DNA of 64,000 nucleotides from Podarcis pityusensis. Its lineage: Eukaryota. The notes below the pieces were generated by a model. The model was given only the letters and a program-made list of their open reading frames with translations, was not told where the DNA came from and did not search any database. Position numbers and translations under genes: made by a program. Location of the stretch: NCBI GenBank assembly GCA_964106645.2, contig OZ067051.1; one strand, 5' to 3'. Below, piece after piece: positions 51,864-63,733 of the stretch; within the stretch, counting starts at the first letter, position 1; every line of letters starts with the position of its first letter.

Positions 51864-51984
51864 GAACGTTGTCCACGCCAGCGACTCCCTGGAGACAGCC
51901 CAGAGAGAGATCAGCCTTTGGTTTCGCAGCAACGAGCTGATAGACTGGGATTGTTGCGATCAGAAAATCCTGTATGAACACTGA
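51864..51984 (+). CDS. NME4: NME4 exon 5 ([21 protein letters not shown]...ILYEH*)
   Basis: Catalytic His in HASDS (CAC at 51874-51876); TGA at 51982-51984; total CDS 603 nt. Confidence 0.95.
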
Positions 51985-54499
51985 GGGCCTGGCTTGATCC
52001 ACACCCCAGCATGGGACCTACTACCTCTGCCCATGGACTGCCTTTCTGAAGCGATTCACATTCCAGTCTGTGTACTGCAGGCTTTGATGGGGTGTGTTTG
52101 GAGGAGGGTGGGATTATTGCACTTCAACCACTTTGGCTTTTCTTGGGAGGGGGCAAGGAGCAGGCACCCCCTTTGCACAGGCCACACCTTGCTCTCTGCT
52201 CACTGTGCTACTTGATTGGAGAGATTTACATCCGTGGCAGAAGTCATGGAATTACGGGTCTCACATTAAAAAAACCAAACTGTTTCTACAAACCTGGTTC
52301 TGTTCTTTGTGCCTGGAAATTGGAAGTCTGTATTTGGGCCTGTTATTAACTTGTAATCCCTTTCTCTGTTTGCATCTCTACATTAATGAAGCTAGCCATT
52401 TTGCTCCTGTTTTTAAGGTGATGTGTGAGTGGCCACCTGATTGTGAATGGACAGCCTTGTAAGAGAAGAATGCAGGAGAATATGATTTAGGTAAAGATGG
52501 TCTTTTGCACCTCAACACTGCAGGAACTAGGTGATGATGCATCACCTAGCAGGTTGCCTCACCTGATATATGCCCCATTTACCACTTCAATATGCCCAAC
52601 TGGTCCAACATACCTGTTCTGCATTGGTAAGAAATCAATCTTTTTAACATGGCAGCACCTAAACTTTGAAACTCTCTGCCTGTTGACATCAGGCAGGCAT
52701 CTTTACTGTAGTCTTTTCCAGCACCTGCTATAAACATTGTTTAGGTAAGGCTATCCAGACATGTAGAATGTCAACGTGTGTTTCAGTCTGGTTTTTAGCT
52801 TCTTGTCAATTGTAATTATTTAATGTTTTAAAGAGGTCTTTTTACCTTTTTTTTAAGCTGATCATTCATTATTTTATTCTTTCTGTAAAAACTGTGTTGA
52901 GGGTTTTTGTTTTTTTAGTCAAGTTGTGTATCAGCTTTATGAAATAAAAACAAGCATCACCACAAAAGGCTCCCAAACCAAACGACAGATTCACATGCAA
53001 TTTGCATATGCTAATTAGTATGTGCACAATGGAGAAATAAGTCCTATACTTTAAATAGAAAAGCTCTCAGCACAGTGGGGAGGACTGTGACCCTGTGTCC
53101 CTGCTTAGCCTTTTCTTCACGTGCTTAAATGTTGATTGGCACCTTCAAGGACCTTTCTTATGGTTCTCTTTGTTATACTGGACAGTCCTTCAAACAGAAG
53201 ACTGTCCTCTCTAAAGGAGGGTTTGTGGGTACCCTGGTTGTGCCGGAGAAAATTATGACCTTGGCCCTACCTGTGAGTCTTGTAACTCATTCCTATTTAC
53301 ATTAATTGTCACGGGGAGAGTGAGGCAGGCAGAAATGTTGCTTCCTTGGCTTAAACACTTCTGTTTGGGTCAGAGCAATAAAGGGCACATCGCAGCAGAA
53401 AAGCACCTAGATTCCAGAGGCTTTGCTAGCTTTTCCGTTGGATAACATGGTCAATTGCAACAGAAAAACTCGAATAAGGGCTGCTGTTTTCCCAAGCAGG
53501 AGTTTAACAGACTTAGGTGATTTTGTTTGAGCTTCCATCTGGTGCAAGGACCAGAATGACACAAATCTTACTGAGTTTGTATTCAAGCCGACATTCCTTG
53601 CCTCATGAAAACGTGTTTGTAAGGGCCTCCTTTGTTGAGGATCTGGCATCCTATGACATTCGCACAAGGAAAGTTGCTAGCCATGTGAAGATCTTAAAGC
53701 CCAGAGGTAGGTAAGAGGGGGCTACTTTCTCAGCAGAAACTGCTGCCTTGTGGTTAGTGGTGAACTTTAGCATAGATTCTGAGGGGCAATGAACCTGGCC
53801 CAATTCTCCAGAGCAAACCATACGCTTTTGTGGGCAGAAGGTAAATAGCCACCCAATCTTAGGCACGTTTGCTCTTTGAAGTCAGTCCCACTGTCTGCAA
53901 TGGGGGCTTCTTCCCATATAAAGACCACAGGTCTGCAATGTACACATCTCTAAAACAGTTGTTTTTTTAAGCAACTTGAGGGCACTTAGGTTTTCCTACC
54001 GTAGGAGACAAAACTATATGCCTAAGCAATGCAAAAGATTGAAAGCTAGGGCCCACATGTAGACAGGGCAGCTTGCATGAAATGTTGATAATCTGCTCTG
54101 CTCCACTGCTACTTTCCCCTCCTAGCAACAGGACATTAGTCTGCTCTCCAGGTCTTTGGGCCCTTGAAGATGGGGAACAAGAAGCTGTGTTTCAAGTTAC
54201 CTTGGTTGCCAAGTGATTAGTCTTGATGGCTTGGAAATCTCAGCATGCTGTCTGCTCCTGTGTGGCTGCTGCAACTGGCTGTTTTTAGGGAATAACAATT
54301 CCCTTCCCTATTCAGCCAAGCAAGAGGCCTGCTCACAGTTCAAGGATGCATTACAGCCAGGCAAAAAGCACTCAAGGGCCCAGCACAGAATCACCAGGCA
54401 TGTGAGCTGGAAAGATTTGGGGCCACATTTAGCCCCTGAGCCTGTGCTTCCACACTCCTGTCTTACTCCCACCCCAACATGCAGAGGCTTTGGGGTAAT

Positions 54500-54765
54500 T
54501 TGGGAATGGTTGAGGGACTTGGGTATGTTCAGCATGGAGAAGACTGAGCAGTTGGCCACCTTCAAAGATCTGAAGGGCCGTCACACGGAGGATGGAACAG
54601 GTTTGTTTTCCGCTGCTCCAGCAGGGAGGGCCCAAACAAATTGATTCAAATGGCAAGAAGGGAGATTCCAATGTAGCATTAGGAAGAACTTGCTGACAGC
54701 AAGAGCTGTCTATGACAGTCGAACTAACTCCCTTGGACGATAGTGGGCTCTCCTTGGTTGAACTC
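54500..54765 (+). mobile_element. CR1 LINE fragment
   Basis: Translates LRDLGMFSMEK...TFKDLKGRHTEDGTGLFS, typical of the CR1 ORF2 end. Confidence 0.75.
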
Positions 54766-56584
54766 AGAAATGCAAAACATTTTGGAAGTCCCAAATGGAA
54801 GAACAGCACCTTCCTACCAAATAGCTCAAAGGAAATGGAGCGTTTTCAGTGACCTCCAGGAGCAACTGAATGTCATATGTTCCTTGGAAAAGAAATACAG
54901 AAAGGGATTAAGGAGGAAGAAATGAATTGGGCAGCTTGAATTTATAGTATGCTGGACAACTAGAACTGCAGATCCGCACTCACGTGGGACACTGCGACAT
55001 TCTGCTGCAGCTCCCATTTGTGGTATAGCCCTGCCCTGAACATTTGCTGTAAAGATGACTAAAGTGGTGCTCTGAAGAGTGCCACATAAATGCCAAGTTT
55101 TTCTTCAGGTGCCCAGGGTATCTATTGCATTAGTCCACAGAAAGGTTTCCCCATTCCTAGGTCCTTCTTTCCCTTATTTTCAACATCTGTAATTAAACTT
55201 ACTCCAGTCTCTTCAGTTGGTTGACAGTAGAGACAGGGCTGAGTTGCTCATGGAAATTTCAAGCATTAAGGGTTACACCAAAACAGACTGTTCACTCCGA
55301 GCCACAAAGATAAGCTTTTAATGTGAATAAGACTGGCAAGAGAAGAGCGTTTTACTTACATCTTTGTTACTTAGACCAATATCCCTCAAAGGCAAACAAA
55401 GGTGCTGTTAAGGATCAAACTGCTCATACTAAACATAAAAACCCCACAGAGGGATGAATTCCTAGTATTTTATACACTCAATACGATATGCCTTGCTGGC
55501 TTCTCACTGTGCCCTCTGACTTTCCAGAGGGCAACACATTCTAGGTCAGAGCATGCCCAGATATTACCTGTCCCAATGGCAGCTGTAGGTCTCAATCTGA
55601 TTTCCCCAAAGGAAACACATCTGCTCCTTCTGCTGGCTCATTAGTTCTCCTGGTAGTCACTCACAAACACACAAAAGGCTGAGAGAAAACACACTCAACC
55701 ACTCCTCTTGGGGCAGGGGGGAAAGGTAGAATTCAGCAGTGAGAATAAAACGGAAAAGAAACTTGATTAAACATGCATTGATGAACACAATTCTGCAGCA
55801 CAAAAAAAAGGAAAAAAAGGGAGTTGGAGGGAAGAAGAGGCACACAAGAATTGGTCAGTAAGCTACTAGATAATTATACAAATAAAAAGTCAAAAACTCC
55901 TAGTACCCTGGACACCACTCTCTGCAGCAGCACCTTGACTGTTTTCCGCTGCTATCAGCAGTTATTAAAAGAACCTGAAGTACATGACTATGATTATGCC
56001 CCTCTACCTCTTTGACACACCCCTACCAGCTGTGTTTCAGGTTGTCACAGCAAATGCAGTCTTGACAGTATTGCAGTCTGCTTAACTGCTGCCAACAAGA
56101 ATAGTGCATCTTGCTTCCCCACCCCACCCCTCTGTAACTGCAGAATCAATCTAGATGTGGGAGTTGTTTGTTTGTCCCACGACAGAGCTCCCCATGCCAG
56201 GTCCTCATCTGCCAAATTGGTAGAGTCATTCTGTGTTATTGTGAACACTGCTCTTAATGGAATCGCTCTAATGTGCCTTCCGGTTTGAGGCTGCAGTGTG
56301 AGGAATCCCATCCCACTTACACCAGGACCTTTCCATCAGGGAACAACATTATTTATATTCAGTGGGATCAATACTGGCAACCTGGAAATTAGGAAGCAGA
56401 CACAGAAAAATGAAGTCCCGAAGTGCAAAATTCACACTGATGAGTTGCATAACTTGACAAAATAATCCAATTAACATCCATTTAAATTTTAAATGCTGTG
56501 CTACTTTCACCAAGCTCTAAATACAACTACTACAACAAAAAAGAAGAGATATTGTGCCATGTTGTACAGCTGTCCCAAAACAAC

Positions 56585-56590
56585 TTTATT
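56585..56590 (-). terminator. LUC7L: Probable LUC7L long-isoform polyadenylation signal
   Basis: AATAAA on the minus strand about 520 nt after the stop; U/GU-rich tract downstream. Confidence 0.55.
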
Positions 56591-57105
56591 AAGCTAGGCT
56601 GTGGTGTAGGTTACTTTTAACCAATCTGGCTTGTTCATATTTAGCTAAGTCTTGGATATCAGAAACATTACATGAACCTGCCATATTTAGAAAGGGGGGG
56701 TGGGGAGTACCAGCGCTGCTGAGGTTCTTTAGTATGTTATGAACTCAAGTCTGCAATAGAAAGGCAAGTGATGTTTTAACGTAGGCAGGTGGAGCATGAG
56801 TTTTTACAGCACGTTATGATCCCGCCACCCCCACAGCTTCTGCCTGCTTCTGCTGCATTCTGCTTAAGTCGCTAAACTGCACTGAAGACCAGCGACTGAG
56901 TTTGTTTCTTTCAATTAAAAGACAAAAGTCTCAAGTCAACAGTATAGGAAACTGTCACACTACTGGCTTTGCTACCTGCAGAAACAATAGAAATTCAGAA
57001 CTACAAAAGATGTGCTGTTCAGTTAATATAAATGAGAAAAATTTGGGCTGTGTAGAACATTTCTCAAGACTATATATACAGTACAATACAGATCGCGTCC
57101 GGAGT

Positions 57106-57247
57106 TCAGATCTCGCCGGCTTCCCTCTCTTCAGATCTCTTAGGGTGAGATTTGCCATTCGTGCTTTCATGTCGCCGTTCAGAAGAGCTCTTCTCTTTCT
57201 TGTCTCTTTCCCGTGATTTCTCCCTTGAAGACCGATCTCTAGAGGAT
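57106..57247 (-). CDS. LUC7L: LUC7L terminal coding exon, long isoform (SSRDRSSREKSRERDK...STNGKSHPKRSEEREAGEI*)
   Basis: Ends in EAGEI*, like the human LUC7L long isoform; cag acceptor; phase fits the upstream exon. Confidence 0.9.
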
Positions 57248-57289
57248 CTGGAGAGCAAACCAGAGCATACTGTAGGGCTCTAGAATGAA

Positions 57290-57291
<2 letters not shown>

Positions 57292-57333
<42 letters not shown>
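57292..57333. repeat. (GT)21 microsatellite, i.e. (CA)n on the LUC7L sense strand
   Basis: Read directly from the sequence. Confidence 0.95.
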
Positions 57334-57336
<3 letters not shown>

Positions 57337-57587
57337 AACATTTCAGACCAGAAAAGGGAACTGTGGACTTAGCCCACCAATTCTCCTTTCTGGACCATGG
57401 GCAGAAAGACAGCCCAGATGGGCGGGAAGAGCCACCCTCCAGGGTTGGTAAACATTAAGCACAGGGTGAGGTACTACCTAAATCCTGAGTCAAGGTCAAG
57501 CACTAGATGCAGAGGTTCATAAGCTGAAATCTACAAGCTGCAATCAGGTTGCCGATGGAAATACTATAGAACAGTCAACAATATTGC

Positions 57588-57692
57588 AGAACAGTAGAGT
57601 GGGACGGGACCTCAAGGGTCTCCAATTCCAATGTGGAGTTCAAATCCACAACCCTGAGATTACCCAGTCTCATGCTCTACCAACTGAGCTAT
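57588..57692 (-). mobile_element. tRNA-Lys-derived SINE with CR1-type tail
   Basis: Reverse complement atagctcagttggtagagcatgagact..aatctcagggttgtgg resembles tRNA-Lys(CTT), followed by a CR1-like 3' end. Confidence 0.7.
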
Positions 57693-59463
57693 AGATATCT
57701 GTGCACAGCCCTTTTTGCTGGAAACAAAAAATGAGAAGCAATGCTATTTTGATCAAGACTAGACTGTCAAACAGGCTAAGGGCCAATAGTTTCATAATAT
57801 GGTGCTGGTGCAATCAACTCATCTCCCCCCCCCCAAAAAAAAATCCATCCATTGAAGAAGGGTCCTGAATGGCCTGTCTACTTAAGCCCAAACACAGGAC
57901 GAATGCTGACCTGAGGAAAAAGCTGACAAGCTCTCCAATCAACATCACTCACAGAAGCAGCATGCCCACCCCATTTGAAAGATACAGGACTATGGTTAGA
58001 AAAAGACAAATTAGGCATATGCTTTGATTTCTAAAAGAAAAAATGGTGTTTCTTAAGTGGTCTGCCAGGATCCCTGATTCTTTTCAAATGGACTGTGGAG
58101 AATGTACAACAGAGCTGAAGCCTGCTGGATCAGGTGTACTAGGAAGCTCCCTGCAGGGAACTCTAAATGTACCAGATGACTGGGATGCACATGGTGCTTT
58201 GAACTCCCAGCTTTGAGGCTTCAAAGTACTGGGCAACCTGTGATGTCAGGTGACTGACAGGTGTGCAGCCTCACCTGCCTCTTAAATTTGGCCCACAAGG
58301 TTAGATTCTGATAAGCCAAAAAGGTTCCATGCCTCGGATCCAGGGAATGGACCACAATGGCTCACTCTAGGATGAGATTAGTCAATCAAATTCCAGGCTT
58401 AGCAACACAGAGGAATAAACTCAGTGCAATGACTGCTGGGCCCATCTGCCCAGGACCAGAGAAGTAAACAATACAAGTTTGCAATAAAATGAATTTTGTT
58501 CAGTTATTTTTTTGTTCAATCAATCCTAGAAATTCAACAATGACATCAATATTAAACAAGGCTCTTTCCTATGCTTCTACACTGTCACAAATCTCTTCTT
58601 TGTGCTTCAGGGAGTTCCCCTGCTTCCCTCTTGGCTAATAACCAATTTCTTTTGACAACTTGTTTTTTATACATCTCTCACACATATCTACTCCTGTTTT
58701 ATTCCACAGTTCATCCTATACCTAAATATTTCCGTCCTTCAACTGTACCATAAACCCTGAAGCCAGCACAATGCAGGGTTAAGTCATTTGACATGTTTCC
58801 CCCTCCCTCCCACCAAATCCCAGTTTACACAAGTGCTTTACAAGTACAACTTGTTCAGCTGTGAGGGTGTTTTATTTTAAATTTATGTTTGTTCGTTTTT
58901 CTGGCTTTGCTGTCTTGGGCTCCTCTGGGAGGAACAGTGGGATATTGATCCAACCAACAAACCTGACACAATGCCCATCGCTATCAGATCTGATGTGAAA
59001 ACGGGGAGGTGAGATATTGCCAGCCCTTTAATTAGCCGCTCTCTTTATGGTATGAGACTCAGCAAGTGCCCAGTGATACTGGCCCCCTGATGCCAGCCCC
59101 GACTGCTACAGTCACCGTCTGTGAAAACAGGAATTGTAACAGAGAGCCACTCTTGTACAGCAGTGGGCTTAGAAATGAAGTTAAGAACCCTGAGGCTGGA
59201 TGAGGCTAGTGGCCCATCTACTCCAGTATGTTGTTCTCATAATGGCCAATCAGATGCTTATGGGAAGCCCATTAGCAAGACCTGAGCACAACAGCCACCT
59301 TTCCCCACTTGTATTTCCAAGCAACTGGCGTTCAGAGACATACTGTCTCTGACAGTGACCTGTGAAGGTGATCTTGGCACCCCATTCTACAGGGGGAGTC
59401 CCACCCACCATATGCATATCTGCATACTCTCTCACTCTCTATTTGTCATGCCTAATTTACTGC

Positions 59464-59810
59464 GGGACGTGGGTGGCGCTGTGGGTTAAACCACAGAGCC
59501 TAGGGCTTGCCGATCAGAAGGTGGGCGGTTCGAATCCCGACGACGGGCTGAGCTCCCGTTGCTCGGTCCCTGCTCCTGCCAACCTAGCAGTTCGAAAGCA
59601 CGTCAAAGTGCAAGTAGATAAATAGGTACTACTCTGGCGGGAAGGTAAACGGTGTTTCCGTGTGCTGCTCTGGTTTGCCAGAAGCAGCTTAGTCATGCTG
59701 GCTACATGACCCAGAAGCTGTACGCCGGCTCCCTTGGCCAATAAAGGGAGATGAGCGCCACAACCCCAGAGTCGTCCGTGACTGGACTTAAGGGTCAGGG
59801 GTCCCTTTAT
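59464..59810 (+). mobile_element. Sauria SINE, full length
   Basis: Reverse complement of the 7870-8222 copy; TSD ctaatttactgc at 59452-59463 and 59811-59822. Confidence 0.93.
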
Positions 59811-61147
59811 CTAATTTACTGCACCTCATAGGGTCACTGTGCACCTTAAAAGCACCTCCTGTCTCACTGGAAGAATGGCAGGAATTAAATGTATGAAATA
59901 AATTAAAACTGTTACCCTGGAATAGGGACTACCGTAACTACACAAACGCTAAGCATGACAAAAGTGATCAGCTAAAGGGATGGGGGACCTGCATACACAC
60001 AGCGGCTTATAAAAATTCAAAGCTGCAATGTGGATGACAACTTTGTCAGATAAGAAGCAGAAGCATTCAGTCTTTATACCAAAAACCAACTAAGGATAGC
60101 TACAAATTAGGCTCTAAGCTTCTACCAAGCTGAGAAAGACAATCAGCAACTCAAACACAAACAGCTTTATTTTACAGGGAGTTTCTCTAGAGTGGACTTG
60201 GTCAACAGAATTGGGGGGGGGGGGGGCGTCAATATCAGTTCTCCTACAATGCTTTTATTATTCTATGCTACACCAACACACTATAAAGCTTATTATTTAT
60301 TAATTAAATTTATTAGTCACATGTTTACCACAGCAACTCAAAACAACTTAAGAGTAATTGGAAGTGTTGGCATCTAAATGATAAACAATGCAAAAGCAGA
60401 AGATGGGACTAGCCCAAACATCCGCAAATTATTCAACTCTTTACCCAACACAGTCTCTTATGTATCATTTTACATCTTCTTGAAGCTTCAGTATCTATTG
60501 CTGAGATGTTGACTTTTTAGGGATGGCAACATATCAAAGTATGATTTCTATTTTGGAAGAAATAAAACACTTCATTTTCTTTTGAGACTTCTTGTGCCTT
60601 CTCATTTTTAATTTTTAACTGTTCCAGAAAACATGACTGATACAGTTCCTCCCCGCCAAGGGAACACTTTGAGATGGGCTATTATACATTTGGGTTTTCT
60701 GAAGCATTCCCTTACCTGCTCTTTAGCAATAGTAATTACAGGGTCTTCCTCATTTCCTAATTGTCCAAACTTCTTTTCTTTATTGTTCATGTTCAAGACA
60801 GATTTAAAAAATGAATTTAGTATCTCAACCATGAGTCATTAATTTCCACATACCCCATTTCTAGCCAACCTACTTTTCCATACTCATTTCCTTCATAGAG
60901 AAGAGAACTGTAAATGCTCTTCATTTCTCACTTGCTCATCTATTGTTGACATTATCAATCCAGTGAACATGGTGAACAGAGACTAGGTTTCCCCAGGCTA
61001 CCTGCAGTACTGCTATGGATTACCAGCAGCTGGAAGTTACTAGGTACAGCTGTATGTCAGGAAGCCACTTGGTTAATATGCTTGAATGCAGCAGATCTGA
61101 ACTGAAGTTCTTCCTGTTAAGCTTCTCCTAGGATCAGAACTACAGTA

Positions 61148-61373
61148 CAGTGGTACCTCAGATTACATACGCTTCAGGTTACAGACTCTGCTAACCCAGA
61201 AATAGTGCTTCAGGTTAAGAACTTTGCTTCAGGATGAGAACAGAAATTGTGCTCCGGCGGCGCGGCGGCAGCAGGAGGCCCCATTAGCTAAAGTGGTGCT
61301 TCAGGTTAAGAACAGTTTCAGGTTAAGAACAGACCTCCGGAACAAATTAAGTACTTAACCTGAGGTACCACTG
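61148..61373. mobile_element. Tc1/mariner-type MITE, copy 3
   Basis: Same family as the copies at 33953 and 35852; TA target duplication. Confidence 0.9.
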
Positions 61374-62095
61374 TATTTTTAAAGAAGTAGAATCCAGTTA
61401 ACCATGTGGTGGAGCAATTCTGAAGCATTTATAGCAAATCTGGGAGCACGTCTGGCCACGCAGCATGTTACTGCCCCTGTTCACATCAAGCCTACCTCCC
61501 TAATAGTAATCCTGGGTTATTGTTTACCCTCAAAGCAATTCAGCCACAGTGTGGCAGGCCACCAAAACCTACACAGCACCTGAGAGATCAGCGCTAGCGA
61601 TTTGGGCCTCTCTCAAGTAGAAATGTATGTGCCTGTCTCAAATCCAGTAGATCTTACCATTTCAAACAAACATTCTGGGTCTGAGAGAATTCTCTCTGCT
61701 ACTTACAGAAGAACTAGCATGCTTTTGAGCAGAAGCAAGTGTTGCAAAGAAGTAGGGAAGCTTCTCTGGTGATGTGCAAAGTCACCCTTGCAGGTCTAGT
61801 CCACGAGAAATCCAGTGAGTCCCCAATGGCTTTTGGAGCTCATGGACAACATCTACACACCCTACCTTCTAGGATGACAATGGGAGAAAGCAGCACATGC
61901 CTTCAACTTCATTCCCTACTTATTGTATCAAGTGAACCAGCTCTCTTCAACCCCACCCCATGGCAGCCTTGGGAAGGAGTTTGAACCAATCCCTATTTTC
62001 TCACTGTTTCTCCAATAGTCAGCTGAGCTTCTGTCTCATGGCTAAACTACAAGTCAAAAAGCCTTTCCCCAAGAGGTTGCAAAAGCCAAGCCTAC

Positions 62096-62266
62096 TTGTG
62101 TTTTGAACTCCTGTCTCTGGATCCCCGCCGGTGGCCTCGGCTATGGCTGCCGGAACGGCTGCGATGGCGCCTGTGCCTCTCTCGTTCCCGGGACTTGGAG
62201 CGGGACTTTCGCTTCTCACGGGAAATGGACCTCGAACGTCTTCGCCTCCGCTCTCGAGAGCGAGAC
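62096..62266 (-). CDS. LUC7L: LUC7L penultimate exon, RS domain (SRSRERRRRRSRSISREKRK...GSRDRSSKH)
   Basis: Lies in ORF 62092..62415; cag acceptor and GTAGG donor; 171 nt; SHSRGHRR motif. Confidence 0.92.
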
Positions 62267-62389
62267 CTGCAAGAACCAGGAACAAGCAGTATAAAACCCA
62301 GAGATATAGGGAATTTGACATAACAGCTGCTGGATTTCCCCACTGCTGTATTTGCAAAGAAATTCAATTTCAAGTTTTTATTACATTCA

Positions 62390-62510
62390 GGGTTCTTCCT
62401 CCATTTTATCCTCACAAGAACCCTGTTAGGTAGGTTATGGCTGAGAATGTGACTTGCTCAATGCCACCCAATGAGTTTAATGACCGGCAGGGAAGAAATT
62501 GAACCTGGGC
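62390..62510 (-). mobile_element. MIR/Squam3-like SINE fragment
   Basis: cattttatcctcacaagaaccctgttaggtagg...gaaattgaacctggg; similar fragments at 1-110 and about 42420. Confidence 0.55.
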
Positions 62511-63703
62511 TAATACTGATAAGTCTGACCAGTATTGTAGGACTGCAACATCCTACATAAAAATATGCTTGTCTTAATGCATAAATGAAAAAGACATACC
62601 TCGCAGAACACCAATAGCTTCAGATTTGCATAAAAATATTTTGAACAGGCTTCCTCAACCCCTTATGCTGTCCAGAACATTTAGCAATGTCTGATTTGCC
62701 AATCACATTTAAGATTAATAAACAGCTAAAATGCTTCTATATAAGAATGACTGGCTGATTAAGCATTAATTCCAGTAATTTTAGGACCTTGTAAGCTTCC
62801 TAACACAATAACCTTCAGTACTTTCATTTCACTCACTGTCCTATAACATCCCTTGATGACTTAATACATGTGGATTAATCCTTTGTGCATTTAGTTCAAG
62901 CAAGCTACTACCTGGATTAAGTTGAGCTCTTTTATATTTCATTACTGCAGAACAGGAACATTTTCTTCCTCTTCTGCACAATTAGTACTCCCTCGGTTTC
63001 CAGTTCCTCCACAGCACCATGCTGAAAAGGCAACCTTTACATCACCTCTGCCCAGATTATACACTTCTTCCCCAAGAGCCTGGGCACTTCCTGGTTGAGG
63101 AAGATGCAAAGCTTCCATTTCAGATGTGACAATGTGGAGAACAAGGTGGTGTTTTGTGCTACAGTATATTCAAGGCAATTCTCGGCAAAGATGTATCGGT
63201 CATTCTTCCACTTTTACTCTCAGCCACAAGGAGCATGTTCTCCCAGGGTCTCAGCAGCTACAATGGTTTCCTACAAAAATCCAGGCAAAATTAAAGGGGT
63301 TGGCTTTCTCTCAGAGTCTAAATGGCTTTGCCTCAACATGAAACCACCATCTTGAGACTGTCAACCTAACATCCATACAGGAAGAATGGGTGCATGAAAA
63401 GGCCTTTAAGTATGTACTGAAAATGCTGCAAGGACTTTGCTAAGGCAAGTCTCTATCAAGTGGAGCAATCCAATATTTTAAACCTTTAAAATAATTGTGG
63501 TTTACCCACCCTAAATACACTTCCTTGAAACCACAGTAGGGACTGGTCAAGCAAGCAATTGCTACAAACTGGAAAAGGCACCGGGGTTCTTCCTCCTCTG
63601 GTCCAATGCTCAAACAGAATGGCAGAATGAGAAAGAACTGCAAAGGAATGCCAGTCACCTTACCCAGAATGAAGAACCACCATTACCAACTTAAAACACT
63701 CAC

Positions 63704-63733
63704 CTTCTGCGATCTCTGTTTCTGGATCCAGAC
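63704..63733 (-). CDS. LUC7L: LUC7L 30-nt micro-exon (SGSRNRDRR)
   Basis: tag acceptor and GTGAGT donor on the minus strand; phase 2-2. Confidence 0.85.

Noticed and set aside
53517-53714. ORF ending at a donor-like AG|GTAGGTAAG between NME4 and LUC7L
   Set aside because: No recognisable homology (not DECR2 or globin) and no partner exons.
57630-57692. tRNA-Lys gene
   Set aside because: The anticodon loop is altered, there is no acceptor stem, and it is fused to a CR1-like tail, so it is a SINE head.
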